Shown here: positions 39,815-49,776 of the stretch, in pieces
Layout: the number at the start of each line of letters is the position of its first letter
Numbering within the stretch: the stretch's first letter is position 1
Assembly (NCBI GenBank): GCA_036509315.1
Contig: DATCFU010000198.1
Span: 2,107-66,106 of the forward strand
Direction of reading: 5' to 3'
Origin: Acidothermaceae bacterium
GTDB taxonomy: Bacteria; Actinomycetota; Actinomycetes; Acidothermales; Acidothermaceae
Length of the DNA: 64,000 nucleotides
Notes under the pieces: generated by a model
Database searches by the model: none
What the model was told of the DNA's origin: nothing
The model's input: only the letters and a program-made list of their open reading frames with translations
Made by a program: the position numbers and the translations under genes

Positions 39815-40362
39815 CGTTGTTGTCCTCTCGTCAGTTCAGCAGGGGCGGCCTCGGGTGCGAGCAAGTCGCGCAATTTCGCAAGCCCGCGTGCGCTTTGGCT
39901 CTTCACGGTTCCTTCAGTGCAGCCGAGCAGGTGCGCGGTTTCGGTGACGTCGAGGTCTTCCCAGAAGCGCAGGACGACCACCGCCCGCTGCCTGGGCGGC
40001 ATCTTCGCGAGCGCATCGAACAGCACCAGCCGGTCTTCAACGCTGCCGGTCGGGGTGGCTCCGATATCGGGCGGTTCGGCGGAGCTCAGTTCGCGTCGCC
40101 ATGACATTCGGCGGCGCCGTTCAAAGGTGGCCCGGACGAGCATCGTGCGCACGTAGCCGTCGAGCCGATCGTGGCGTTGAACCTTGTCCCAGTTGACGTA
40201 GAGCTTGGTGAATACCGTCTGCACGACGTCGTCGGCGTGATGCCAATCGCCGCATAGCAAAAAGGCCGTACGACGAAGATCGCGCATGCGGCCGCCCGCG
40301 TAGGCCTTGAACTCCGCCTCGTCTGCTGCTCGCACGCCGGTCCCTCTCGCGTTGCCTTGCAC
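39811..40362 (-). CDS. ECF (SigE-family type) RNA polymerase sigma factor
   Basis: Region 2 is LLCGDWHHADDVVQTVFTKLYVNWDKV and region 4 is VVVLRFWEDLDVTETAHLLGCTEGTVKSQSARGLAKL. Confidence 0.85.
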   Translation of the reverse strand: MQGNARGTGVRAADEAEFKAYAGGRMRDLRRTAFLLCGDWHHADDVVQTVFTKLYVNWDKVQRHDRLDGYVRTMLVRATFERRRRMSWRRELSSAEPPDIGATPTGSVEDRLVLFDALAKMPPRQRAVVVLRFWEDLDVTETAHLLGCTEGTVKSQSARGLAKLRDLLAPEAAPAELTRGQQR

Positions 40363-40401
40363 CCTCTAACAGGTGCCGATGGGCGCGCCAGGTTGCATGA
40401 G

Positions 40402-41676
40402 CTAGAGCTCGTCGCCCGGCGGGCGAGCAAGCGTGATCTGTCCGCGGACGGCGAGCAGTGCGATGTCGCCGCGATGGTGGCCCCCGTCGAGGGCGATCTG
40501 TGCGACGCCCGCGTACGCAGCATCGCGGGCGGCTTTGAGCGTGTCACCGGTTGCGGTTACCGACAGGACGCGACCGCCAGCGGAGACCGGCTGTCCGTCT
40601 CGGGTGGTTGTTCCGGCGTGCAGGACGTAACCCGGCGCTTTGACGTTATCGAGCCCGACGATGACATCGCCGCTGCGCGGAGTCTCGGGATATCCGGCCG
40701 CCGCGACGACGACGGTGACGGCGTAGCCGTCGTGCCACGCCAGCGGTGGATGCTCGGCGAGGGTGCCCGTCGCCGCTGCGTTGAGCAGGCCAGCGAGTGG
40801 CGTCTGCAGTAGCGCCAGCACAACCTGCGTTTCGGGGTCGCCAAAGCGCGCGTTGAACTCGACGACCCGAGTGCCCTTTGACGTCAACGCGAGTCCGGCG
40901 TACAGCAGGCCAGCGAACGGCGTGCCGCGACGGCGCATCTCGTCGACGGTCGGTTGGAGTACGTCACGCGTCACCTCACCGACCAGCGCTCCAGGTGCCC
41001 ATGGCAGCGGTGCGTAGGCACCCATGCCTCCGGTGTTCGGGCCTTGGTCGTCGTCCGCTACGCGTTTGAAATCTTGTGCGGGTAGCAGCGGGACGACGGT
41101 GGTTCCGTCGGTGATCGCGAACAATGAGACCTCAGGACCGTCGAGGTATTCCTCGATCACGACGCGCGCGCAATGGCTTGCGTGCTCAAGCGCGACGCTG
41201 CGATCGAGTGTCACCACAACGCCCTTGCCCGCAGCTAGGCCGTCGTCCTTCACAACGTAGGGAGGACCGAACTCGTCGAGTGCCGCAGCGGCCTGCCTGG
41301 CGTCCGTGCAGACCCTTGACGCGGCAGTCGGCACGTCGGCGGCCGCCATGATTCCTTTCGCGAATGCCTTGCTTCCTTCGAGCTGCGCCGCCGCCTTCGT
41401 CGGCCCGAAACAGGCGATTCCCCGTGCTTGAACAGCGTCGACAACCCCTGCTACCAAAGGGGTTTCGGGCCCGATGACGACGAGATCGGCTTTCAGGTTG
41501 GTTGCGAGCGTTGCCACCGCGTCGGGGTCTCGCACGTCAACGTCGCTGACGTCCGCGATCGTGGCGATCCCGGCATTGCCGGGTGCGCAATGCAGTGCAG
41601 TGACGGCCGGGTCGCCGCGCAGCGCTCGGCAGATCGCATGCTCTCGCGCACCACCGCCGATCACGAGAATGTCCAC
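40402..41676 (-). CDS. purD: phosphoribosylamine--glycine ligase
   Basis: [16 protein letters not shown]-terminus, an ATP-grasp core and [12 protein letters not shown]. Confidence 0.95.
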   Translation of the reverse strand: MDILVIGGGAREHAICRALRGDPAVTALHCAPGNAGIATIADVSDVDVRDPDAVATLATNLKADLVVIGPETPLVAGVVDAVQARGIACFGPTKAAAQLEGSKAFAKGIMAAADVPTAASRVCTDARQAAAALDEFGPPYVVKDDGLAAGKGVVVTLDRSVALEHASHCARVVIEEYLDGPEVSLFAITDGTTVVPLLPAQDFKRVADDDQGPNTGGMGAYAPLPWAPGALVGEVTRDVLQPTVDEMRRRGTPFAGLLYAGLALTSKGTRVVEFNARFGDPETQVVLALLQTPLAGLLNAAATGTLAEHPPLAWHDGYAVTVVVAAAGYPETPRSGDVIVGLDNVKAPGYVLHAGTTTRDGQPVSAGGRVLSVTATGDTLKAARDAAYAGVAQIALDGGHHRGDIALLAVRGQITLARPPGDEL

Positions 41677-41690
41677 AGCGGCCGGTGTCG

Positions 41691-43184
<1,494 letters not shown>

Positions 43185-43272
43185 GTGACAGCGGGATCGA
43201 ACCAAGGCGGGACGGCGAGGGGTGACGGTGTGGCCGAACCAGCGGGAGGTTGACGGCCGAGCGTCGGCCCTG

Positions 43273-43689
43273 TTAGTCGGCCAGCGCAGCTGCGGCCGAG
43301 GGGCTGGAATCGCGGAGGAACTCGGCACAGCGCGCAGCCTCGTCGTCCTCACCGATCGCGGCCGCCGCGAGACCGAGCGCGTTCAGGCTGCGAAGGAATC
43401 CCCGGTTCGGCTCGTGCTCCCACGGCACTGGGCCATGTCCCTTCCAGCCGGCGCGACGCAACTGGTCCAGTGAACGGTGGTACCCGGTGCGGGCGTAGGC
43501 GTACGCGGCCACCGGTTCGCCAGCGGCGAGGGACCGGTCAGCCAGTTCGGCCCAAGCTGCCGCGTAGCTGGGGTGTGCCGCGGCGACCACTGTCGGGTCG
43601 ATCCCGCTCTCGAGTTCAGCGCGCGGCTCGGGATCGTCGGGAAGGAGAGTGGCTGGGGGCTCGCCGAGGAGGTTGGTCATGACGCCCAT
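43273..43689 (-). CDS. DUF3151-like protein
   Basis: 138 aa containing YAYARTGYHRSLDQLRRAGWKGHGPVPWEHEPNRGFLR. This family usually neighbours fbaA in actinobacteria. The family name is from memory. Confidence 0.65.
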   Translation of the reverse strand: MGVMTNLLGEPPATLLPDDPEPRAELESGIDPTVVAAAHPSYAAAWAELADRSLAAGEPVAAYAYARTGYHRSLDQLRRAGWKGHGPVPWEHEPNRGFLRSLNALGLAAAAIGEDDEAARCAEFLRDSSPSAAAALAD

Positions 43690-43737
43690 CCTGCCCTGCC
43701 TGCTGCGGCAGCGCTGCCGGCGGCCCGAGCTAGATCC

Positions 43738-44736
43738 TTACGCGCTGATCGCCGCTCTGCGCGCAGCACGCGCAAAGGCCGCGACCAACCGACGTCCAAG
43801 CGGCTTGGCTTCACCTTGCACGTCGGCCCACCCGAAGCGCACGACTTCGAAGCCGGCCTCGCGCAGCCTGTCTTCGCGGCGCTTCTCGTCGTACAGGGTT
43901 CCCCTTCGCTCACCGTCGTACTTGAGCCGACCGTCGAACTCCCCGATGGTCCGATACTGGGCCCATAGAAAATCGACCCGCCCGATCAAGCCCATAGCAT
44001 CGCGGACGTCGACTTGCTGGCGTGGCTGCGGCAGTCCAAGGCGCTCGAAGGCGATGCGGGCAAGTGACTCGCCGGGCGACTCGGAACCATTTGATGCGAA
44101 GGCGACCACTCGCCCCGCATTCCGGGCACCAGGCCAGTCCGCGCAGGTCAGCAACACCGAGCGCAACGACGCCGATGTCGTCCGCTCCTGCCAGAGGGCG
44201 GACTCTGCGAGCACGACTCCTTGTTCGAAGGTCAACTCGCGAGCTGAATCAATGACCGTCCAGGGCAGATCGGTAGCGCGGATCCCGTGCACGGTAATCA
44301 CGCGCCCGGGCGGTACGCGGGCCACGTGGTGGTGAACTCCCGCCTCGGTGCGCGATGACGCGAGGCCGATGCGGGTCAAGTGGACAGTCGTGAAGTCAGG
44401 GTCGAGTGCGTCGACTTCGTGGACGACAGCAGCCGTGAGATGACTCGTGAACGCCCCGTCTTTCACGCGCAGCAGGGCGGCGCGCGCGCCGAGAATATGG
44501 CGCCCGGAGTCGTCGGTGGGGACGAGACGCGATTCGATGTAGATGCCTCGCCGGAGTCTGAGCCACTCTGTCGTGCGCGTAAGCACCTTGATCTCGCGCT
44601 CGCCATATCCAGCGCCGAGCGCCTGGGACGCGGTGAAGAGCCCGCGTTGGGTCGCCGCGATGTGGGCAAGGCGCGGAGGCAGAGGCATAGGCCACATGGT
44701 GGTGGTTAGCCGAGCAACTCCGCCGTCGTTGTCCAC
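43738..44736 (-). CDS. AbiEi-N/DUF559-type protein (wHTH plus PD-(D/E)xK-like C-terminal domain)
   Basis: N-terminal QRGLFTASQALGAGYGEREIKVLTRTTEWLRLRRGIYI and C-terminal GRVDFLW...IGEFDGRLKY...EKRREDRLREAGFEVVRF. The start is uncertain, because several in-frame Met or Val codons are available. Confidence 0.7.
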   Translation of the reverse strand: MDNDGGVARLTTTMWPMPLPPRLAHIAATQRGLFTASQALGAGYGEREIKVLTRTTEWLRLRRGIYIESRLVPTDDSGRHILGARAALLRVKDGAFTSHLTAAVVHEVDALDPDFTTVHLTRIGLASSRTEAGVHHHVARVPPGRVITVHGIRATDLPWTVIDSARELTFEQGVVLAESALWQERTTSASLRSVLLTCADWPGARNAGRVVAFASNGSESPGESLARIAFERLGLPQPRQQVDVRDAMGLIGRVDFLWAQYRTIGEFDGRLKYDGERRGTLYDEKRREDRLREAGFEVVRFGWADVQGEAKPLGRRLVAAFARAARRAAISA

Positions 44737-44807
44737 AGCCCGGGACTGATCGGCTTATCGGCTGCGACAGGCAACCTACGGCGATCGGGCGGAGTCGGGT
44801 TCGTCGT

Positions 44808-44881
44808 GCTAGGCGAACCGTTACTTCGACAGGTGCGCCCACCTATTGAGGGACACCCACACCCCCTTTACGTGATCAACC
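44808..44881 (+). repeat. 74-nt intergenic element, copy B
   Basis: GCTAGGCGAACCGTTACTTCGACAGGTGCGCCCACCTATTGAGGGACACCCACACCCCCTTTACGTGATCAACC. It lies between the DUF559 gene start and the fbaA stop. Confidence 0.85.
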
Positions 44882-44920
44882 GGCGCGACTGCCGAGGCCG
44901 GGACGGCGGGACGGCGGGGG

Positions 44921-44984
44921 TGGAACCGGGCGGGGGTGGAACCGGGCGAGGGCGGAACCGGGCGAGGGCGGAACCGGGCGAGGG
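44921..44984. repeat. 16-bp tandem repeat x4 (YGGAACCGGGCGRGGG) plus a partial fifth unit
   Basis: Units are at 44921-44936, 44937-44952, 44953-44968 and 44969-44984, and the last two are identical. A partial unit runs to about 44990. The fbaA stop codon is at 44993-44995. The plus strand is rich in G-runs. Confidence 0.85.
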
Positions 44985-44992
44985 CGGTGGGT

Positions 44993-46012
44993 TCAGGCTT
45001 TGGTGCCAGTGGAGCGGAGGTCGGTGCAGGCCTCGACTACACGGGCCGCCATGCCGTTCTCGGCCAGTTTTGACCACGCCCGAGGGTCGTAGGCCTTCTT
45101 GTTGCCGACCTCCCCGTCGATTTTCAGCACCCCGTCGTAGTTCTTGAACATGTGCTCGACGACCGGACGCGTGTAGGCGTACTGCGTGTCGGTGTCGACG
45201 TTCATCTTCACGACGCCGTAGTCCAGAGTCTCGCGGATCTCCTCCAGCAAGGACCCCGAGCCGCCGTGGAATACGAGGTCGAACGGCTCCGTCCGGCCGT
45301 ACTTGGAACCAACCTCGTCCTGGATTTCCTTCAGCACCTTCGGCCGCAACTTCACGCCGCCAGGCTTGTAGACGCCGTGCACATTGCCGAACGTCGCGGC
45401 CAGCAAGTAGCGGCCGTTCTCGCCTAGTCCGAGTACCTCGACTGTGCGCAACGCGTCTTCTGGGGTCGTGTAGAGCTTGTCGTTGATCTCGTGCGAGACG
45501 CCGTCTTCCTCGCCGCCGACAACACCGATCTCCAACTCCATGATGATCTTCGCCTGGGCGCAGCCGGCCAGCAGCTCTTTGGCGATCGCAAGGTTCTCCT
45601 CAAGCGTCACCGCTGAGCCGTCCCACATGTGCGAGCCGAAGAGCGGGTCGAGGCCGCGAGCCACCCGCTCCTTCGAGATCTCGATGAGCGGCCGCATGTA
45701 GCCGTCGAGCTTGTTCGGCGGGCAGTGGTCGGTGTGAAGCGCGATGTTCACCGGGTACTTTGCCGCGACCACGTGGGCGAATTCAGCCAGGGCGACCGCG
45801 CCGACGACCATGTCCTTGACCCGCTGGCCGGACGCGAACTCAGCGCCACCCCACGAAACCTGGATGATGCCGTCGCTCTCAGCGTCAGCGAACCCCTGGA
45901 TCGCCGCGTTCAGCGACGACGACGACGTCACGTTGATCGCCGGGTAGGCGTACTTGCCCGCCTTTGCCCGATCGATCATGTCGGCATAGACCTCAGGGCT
46001 GGCGATCGGCAT
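44993..46012 (-). CDS. fbaA: class II fructose-bisphosphate aldolase
   Basis: 339 aa with YAYPAINVTSS, VNIALHTDHCP and VFHGGSGS motifs. Confidence 0.95.
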   Translation of the reverse strand: MPIASPEVYADMIDRAKAGKYAYPAINVTSSSSLNAAIQGFADAESDGIIQVSWGGAEFASGQRVKDMVVGAVALAEFAHVVAAKYPVNIALHTDHCPPNKLDGYMRPLIEISKERVARGLDPLFGSHMWDGSAVTLEENLAIAKELLAGCAQAKIIMELEIGVVGGEEDGVSHEINDKLYTTPEDALRTVEVLGLGENGRYLLAATFGNVHGVYKPGGVKLRPKVLKEIQDEVGSKYGRTEPFDLVFHGGSGSLLEEIRETLDYGVVKMNVDTDTQYAYTRPVVEHMFKNYDGVLKIDGEVGNKKAYDPRAWSKLAENGMAARVVEACTDLRSTGTKA

Positions 46013-46123
46013 CTGAATACTCCGGAGAACGTGGCGGCTGGAGGAGGAGGTGCAGCCGAAGTATCCCGCATCCGGCCAACGGGGTGGCGCTTAGGTCTGC
46101 GGGCGTTCGAGCCGGCCCGTCGC

Positions 46124-46197
46124 GCTAGGCGAACCATCACTTCAACAGGTGCGCTCACCTATTGAAGGGCCCCGACACCCCCCTTACGTGATCATCC
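46124..46197 (+). repeat. 74-nt intergenic element, copy C
   Basis: GCTAGGCGAACCATCACTTCAACAGGTGCGCTCACCTATTGAAGGGCCCCGACACCCCCCTTACGTGATCATCC. It lies in the divergent fbaA/dedA intergenic region. Confidence 0.85.
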
Positions 46198-46257
46198 GAC
46201 GGTGGGGGCGGTTTGGGCGGTCAGGTACCAGCCAGCTTCGTTGGATAGCCTCGGGCC

Positions 46258-46938
46258 ATGATCGATCACCTGGCCGGCGCCAGCATCCATGCGGCCGTCG
46301 CGCAGCTGGCGGGCGCCAGCGTCCAGGCCTCGGTCAACGTCCTCGACGCGAACTCCGTCATCACGACGTTCGGGCTGTTCGGGATCTTCGTCATCTTGTT
46401 CGTCGAGACCGGATTGCTGATCGGGTTCTTCCTGCCGGGCGACACGCTTCTTGCGCTTGCCGGAGCGTTTGCGGCACTTCCCGTGTCCGATTCGCGGCAC
46501 TTGCCACTCGCTGCTCTCCTGGTCGGTTGTCCGATCGCGGCGATTGCCGGAGGCCAGGTCGGCTTCTTGATCGGTCGCCGCAGCGTCGCGCTGGCCAAGC
46601 CCGGGTCAAGCTTCGAGCACTCCCTGCGGCGGATCGAGCCACTGTTCGAACGGTTCGGCGAGGGCTGGGTCGTCCTGCTATGTCGCTTTATCCCGGTTCT
46701 GCGCGCATTTATCAACCCAGCAGCGGGCATGCTTGAGATGCCGGTTCGGCGGTTCACGCTGTGGAACGTCATCGGCGGCATTGCCTGGCCGCTGGCGATC
46801 TTGCTGGTGGGTTACTACGCCGGTCTCAAACTACATATCGAGAAGTACGCGCTGCCCGTCGTGGGTTTCGCCGTTATCGTATCGATCCTGTCGATGCTGG
46901 TGGAGTTGCGCCGGAACAAGCGGCGACAGGCGGTTTAG
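46258..46938 (+). CDS. dedA: DedA family membrane protein
   Basis: FVETGLLIGFFLPGDTLL motif and a polytopic topology. It neighbours fbaA, as in mycobacteria. Confidence 0.85.
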   Translation: MIDHLAGASIHAAVAQLAGASVQASVNVLDANSVITTFGLFGIFVILFVETGLLIGFFLPGDTLLALAGAFAALPVSDSRHLPLAALLVGCPIAAIAGGQVGFLIGRRSVALAKPGSSFEHSLRRIEPLFERFGEGWVVLLCRFIPVLRAFINPAAGMLEMPVRRFTLWNVIGGIAWPLAILLVGYYAGLKLHIEKYALPVVGFAVIVSILSMLVELRRNKRRQAV

Positions 46939-46994
46939 GGCCTCGTAGAGCGCCGGGCTCGCAGACCTTGTTTCGGATCCGGAGGCAACAGCGG

Positions 46995-48056
46995 GTGAGT
47001 GACGCCGACCTGGCGATCGTGACGCGTGGTCTGACGAAGACGTTCACCGTTGCCAGGCGACACGAGGGCCGATTCGCCGGCTTCCGCTCGTTGATCGATC
47101 CCATTCACGACCGCCGAACCGTCGTCGACGATCTGACCATGACCGTCGAGAAGGGCGAACTCGTCGCCCTGCTCGGTCCCAACGGTGCCGGCAAATCGAC
47201 GTCCATCAAGATGTTGACCGGGGTGCTCACCCCGTCAGCTGGCGAGGTCTTCGTCGACGGGCGCGTTCCGCATCGCGATCGAATCGCGAATGCCCGCAAC
47301 ATCGGCGCCGTGTTCGGTCAGAAGACCCAGCTCTGGTGGGACCTTCCGGTCAGGCAGTCGTTCGCGATCCTGCGCGACATCTTCGATGTGCCGCAAGCGG
47401 TCTACGATCGCCAACTCGCGGACTTCGACGCGATCCTCGAGCTTTCGGATTTCTGGGACACGCCGGTCAGGCACTTGTCCCTCGGTCAGCGGGTGCGTTG
47501 CGAGATCGCCGGCGCCATGTTGCACGATCCGGCGATCGTGTTTCTCGATGAGCCGACGATTGGCATGGACGTCGTGGTGAAGGAGCAGACCAGGCAGTTC
47601 TTGCGATCGCAGGTGGAGGAGCGCGGCCGCACGATCGTTCTCACAACGCACGACATGACCGAGGTCGCGCGGCTATGTGAGCGGGTCTTGCTCATCAACC
47701 ACGGGCGGCTGATGTTCGACGGCACGCTCGACGAACTCAAGGCCGCGCACGGCGGCAAGCCGATCGTGAACGTCACGTTCTCCGAACCCGTGAGTGCACT
47801 CGAAGTGCCCGGCACGAAAGTGGTCAGTCACGACGGCATACAGGCTGTCCTCGCGCCGATCGGTTCGAGCACTCCTGAGGACGTGGTCCGCGCCCTCATC
47901 TCGCGCTTTCCGGTCGTCAATATCGGCGTCGTGGAGACGAACCTCGAAGACGTGATGCGCGATGTCTACCTGTCCACTCTCGACGAGCGCAACAGCGATG
48001 AGCGGGACGGCGATCAGCGCGCCGTCGAGACATCCACTGATCGACGTCCGGCGTGA
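46995..48056 (+). CDS. ABC transporter ATP-binding protein
   Basis: Walker A GPNGAGKST, signature LSLGQRVR and Walker B IVFLDEPTIGMD. I set the start at GTG 46995, which lies 9 nt after GGAGG. The track ORF begins inside dedA. Confidence 0.9.
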   Translation: MSDADLAIVTRGLTKTFTVARRHEGRFAGFRSLIDPIHDRRTVVDDLTMTVEKGELVALLGPNGAGKSTSIKMLTGVLTPSAGEVFVDGRVPHRDRIANARNIGAVFGQKTQLWWDLPVRQSFAILRDIFDVPQAVYDRQLADFDAILELSDFWDTPVRHLSLGQRVRCEIAGAMLHDPAIVFLDEPTIGMDVVVKEQTRQFLRSQVEERGRTIVLTTHDMTEVARLCERVLLINHGRLMFDGTLDELKAAHGGKPIVNVTFSEPVSALEVPGTKVVSHDGIQAVLAPIGSSTPEDVVRALISRFPVVNIGVVETNLEDVMRDVYLSTLDERNSDERDGDQRAVETSTDRRPA

Positions 48057-48898
48057 CGGTCTTACAGGTCGGCACCACCGGCACGGAGGCACCACGCGCA
48101 CGTCGTTCATGGCGCATCCTTCGGATCGGCCTGCTGAATGAACGGGCATATCGGGTGCGGCTGGTCGTTGCTCCCGTCACGCTCGCTGTACAGCTCTATC
48201 TCTATGACCGCTTGTGGACTGCGGTGTTCAGCCACACGAGAGTGGCAGCCGGACTAACGCTGCGACAGACGCTGACGTATTCGCTGATGGCGCTACTCCT
48301 TGCGCGTATCCGATGGAACTCGCGAACGTTCAATGTGCGTGACAGTCTGAGTGTCGCGGTGCGCGAAGGCACTGTTGTGTACTGGTTTTTGCGGCCGATC
48401 TCGCCGTCGAGGTTCTATATGTGGCGGCAGTCCGGCGACATGATTTACGGTGCGTTCTGGGCACTGCTCGGATACATAGTCTTGCTGCTTGCTCACATCA
48501 TCGCGCCACCGCGGGGCGCGAGCGGTGCAGCAGTGTTCGCTGCGAGTCTGTTGCTTGGGCAGATGGTGCTGTACTACCTCGGTCAGCTGGTCGACATTGC
48601 CATGTTCTGGCTCGTTAGCAACAGCGCGATCGTGCGCATGTACTACTTCATCCAGGATCTGTTGTCGGGAGTTTTCGTGCCGCTGCCGTTCATGCCGGCC
48701 CTATTGCTGGCATGTGCAACATGGTTGCCGTTTAGCTTCGGCATCAACGTGCCACTGTCGCTCTACGTGGGGCGGACCCCGATCGGTCACGCTGCTCGGG
48801 AGCTCGCGCTTCAGGCACTCTGGGTTGTCACGCTCGCTGTCATTTCCCGATTGCTATGGAGTCGCGCCGGTCGGCGCGTCGTGGTGCAGGGCGGATGA
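48053..48898 (+). CDS. ABC-2 family transporter permease
   Basis: Polytopic 281-aa protein. GTGA overlap with the ATPase stop. Confidence 0.7.
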   Translation: MTVLQVGTTGTEAPRARRSWRILRIGLLNERAYRVRLVVAPVTLAVQLYLYDRLWTAVFSHTRVAAGLTLRQTLTYSLMALLLARIRWNSRTFNVRDSLSVAVREGTVVYWFLRPISPSRFYMWRQSGDMIYGAFWALLGYIVLLLAHIIAPPRGASGAAVFAASLLLGQMVLYYLGQLVDIAMFWLVSNSAIVRMYYFIQDLLSGVFVPLPFMPALLLACATWLPFSFGINVPLSLYVGRTPIGHAARELALQALWVVTLAVISRLLWSRAGRRVVVQGG

Positions 48899-48902
48899 AG
48901 CT

Positions 48903-49754
48903 ATGACCGCAGTGACCGAATCTGCCGTGCAACTGCGCGCGAAACGCGCGCGGCATACGCTTCGGGTCGTCTACAAGGTGAGTGCGCTGAACTTCCGCGC
49001 TCAGATGGAGTACCGCGGAAACTTCGTCGCCTCGATCATGTTCGGCATCCTCTGGCAGACGTCGACGCTCATCTTCGTCAGCGTTCTGCTCACCAGGTTC
49101 AAGGGTGGACTCGGTGGATTTCCTAGCGACGGTGTCTTGCTCATCGTCGGCATGCGACTCGTCGCTCACGGGCTCTACGTACTGTTCTTCTACAACTTCG
49201 CGTGGATACCGCTGCTCGTTGATGAAGGTCGGATGGACGGCTACTTCTTACGGCCGCTGCCCGTCTTCATGCAGTTGCTGCTCAGCCAGTTCAGCGTGAA
49301 TGCGATTGGCGACTTGCTGGTTGGTTTCTCGACGCTTGGCGTCGCACTTGCGCTCGTGCACCTTCATTGGACCGTCGCGATGGGTCTGTACATCGCGGTC
49401 GCAGTCATCGCGGGCATGCTCGTCGAGGCTGCCGTGCAGTTGACTCTGTCATGCCTGCTGTTGCGTTCACCGGGCTCGCGCGTGCTTGGGTCATGGGTCG
49501 ATGAGTTGCTCTCGACGTTCGGCAACTACCCGCTGTCGATTTTGCCAAGGACAGTTCAGGGACTCTTTACCTTCGTCCTGCCGCTTGCGTTCGTCGCCTA
49601 CTTCCCGGTGGAGGTCATCCTCGGCATTGCCTCAAAGCACGGCGCGACGTCGGTGCTCGCGCATTGGTCGCCGGTCGTGGGATTCGTGCTGTTCTTCCTG
49701 GCTCGCAGACTGTGGGGATACAGCCTGCGCCACTATCACTCAGCCGGAGGCTGA
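48903..49754 (+). CDS. ABC-2 family transporter permease (second subunit)
   Basis: I set the start at ATG 48903 (MTAVTESAVQL). The protein is polytopic and lies immediately after the first permease. Confidence 0.7.
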   Translation: MTAVTESAVQLRAKRARHTLRVVYKVSALNFRAQMEYRGNFVASIMFGILWQTSTLIFVSVLLTRFKGGLGGFPSDGVLLIVGMRLVAHGLYVLFFYNFAWIPLLVDEGRMDGYFLRPLPVFMQLLLSQFSVNAIGDLLVGFSTLGVALALVHLHWTVAMGLYIAVAVIAGMLVEAAVQLTLSCLLLRSPGSRVLGSWVDELLSTFGNYPLSILPRTVQGLFTFVLPLAFVAYFPVEVILGIASKHGATSVLAHWSPVVGFVLFFLARRLWGYSLRHYHSAGG

Positions 49755-49776
49755 CGCTCCCGTCCCGCAGGCGGTC

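Noticed and set aside
43193-43203. A tRNA T-arm-like string next to copy A (GGGATCGAACC, reverse complement GGTTCGATCCC), suggesting a tRNA gene or an integration att remnant.
   Set aside because: I could not build flanking T-stem, acceptor or anticodon arms, so there is no cloverleaf. No integrase or other mobile-element genes are nearby. Similar but non-identical GGNTTCG boxes precede copies B and C, so it is more likely part of the repeat's variable flank.
44806-44883. A conserved peptide encoded across the 74-nt element, LGEP(S/L)L(Q/R)(Q/R)VRPP(I/V)EG..HP(P/L)YVI(N/I)RR, as a possible micro-ORF.
   Set aside because: Between copies B and C I counted about 5 synonymous and 7 non-synonymous differences, with no third-position bias. 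The copies share no consistent start or stop codon. In copy C the reading frame simply runs on into dedA out of frame. The conservation is better explained at the nucleotide level.
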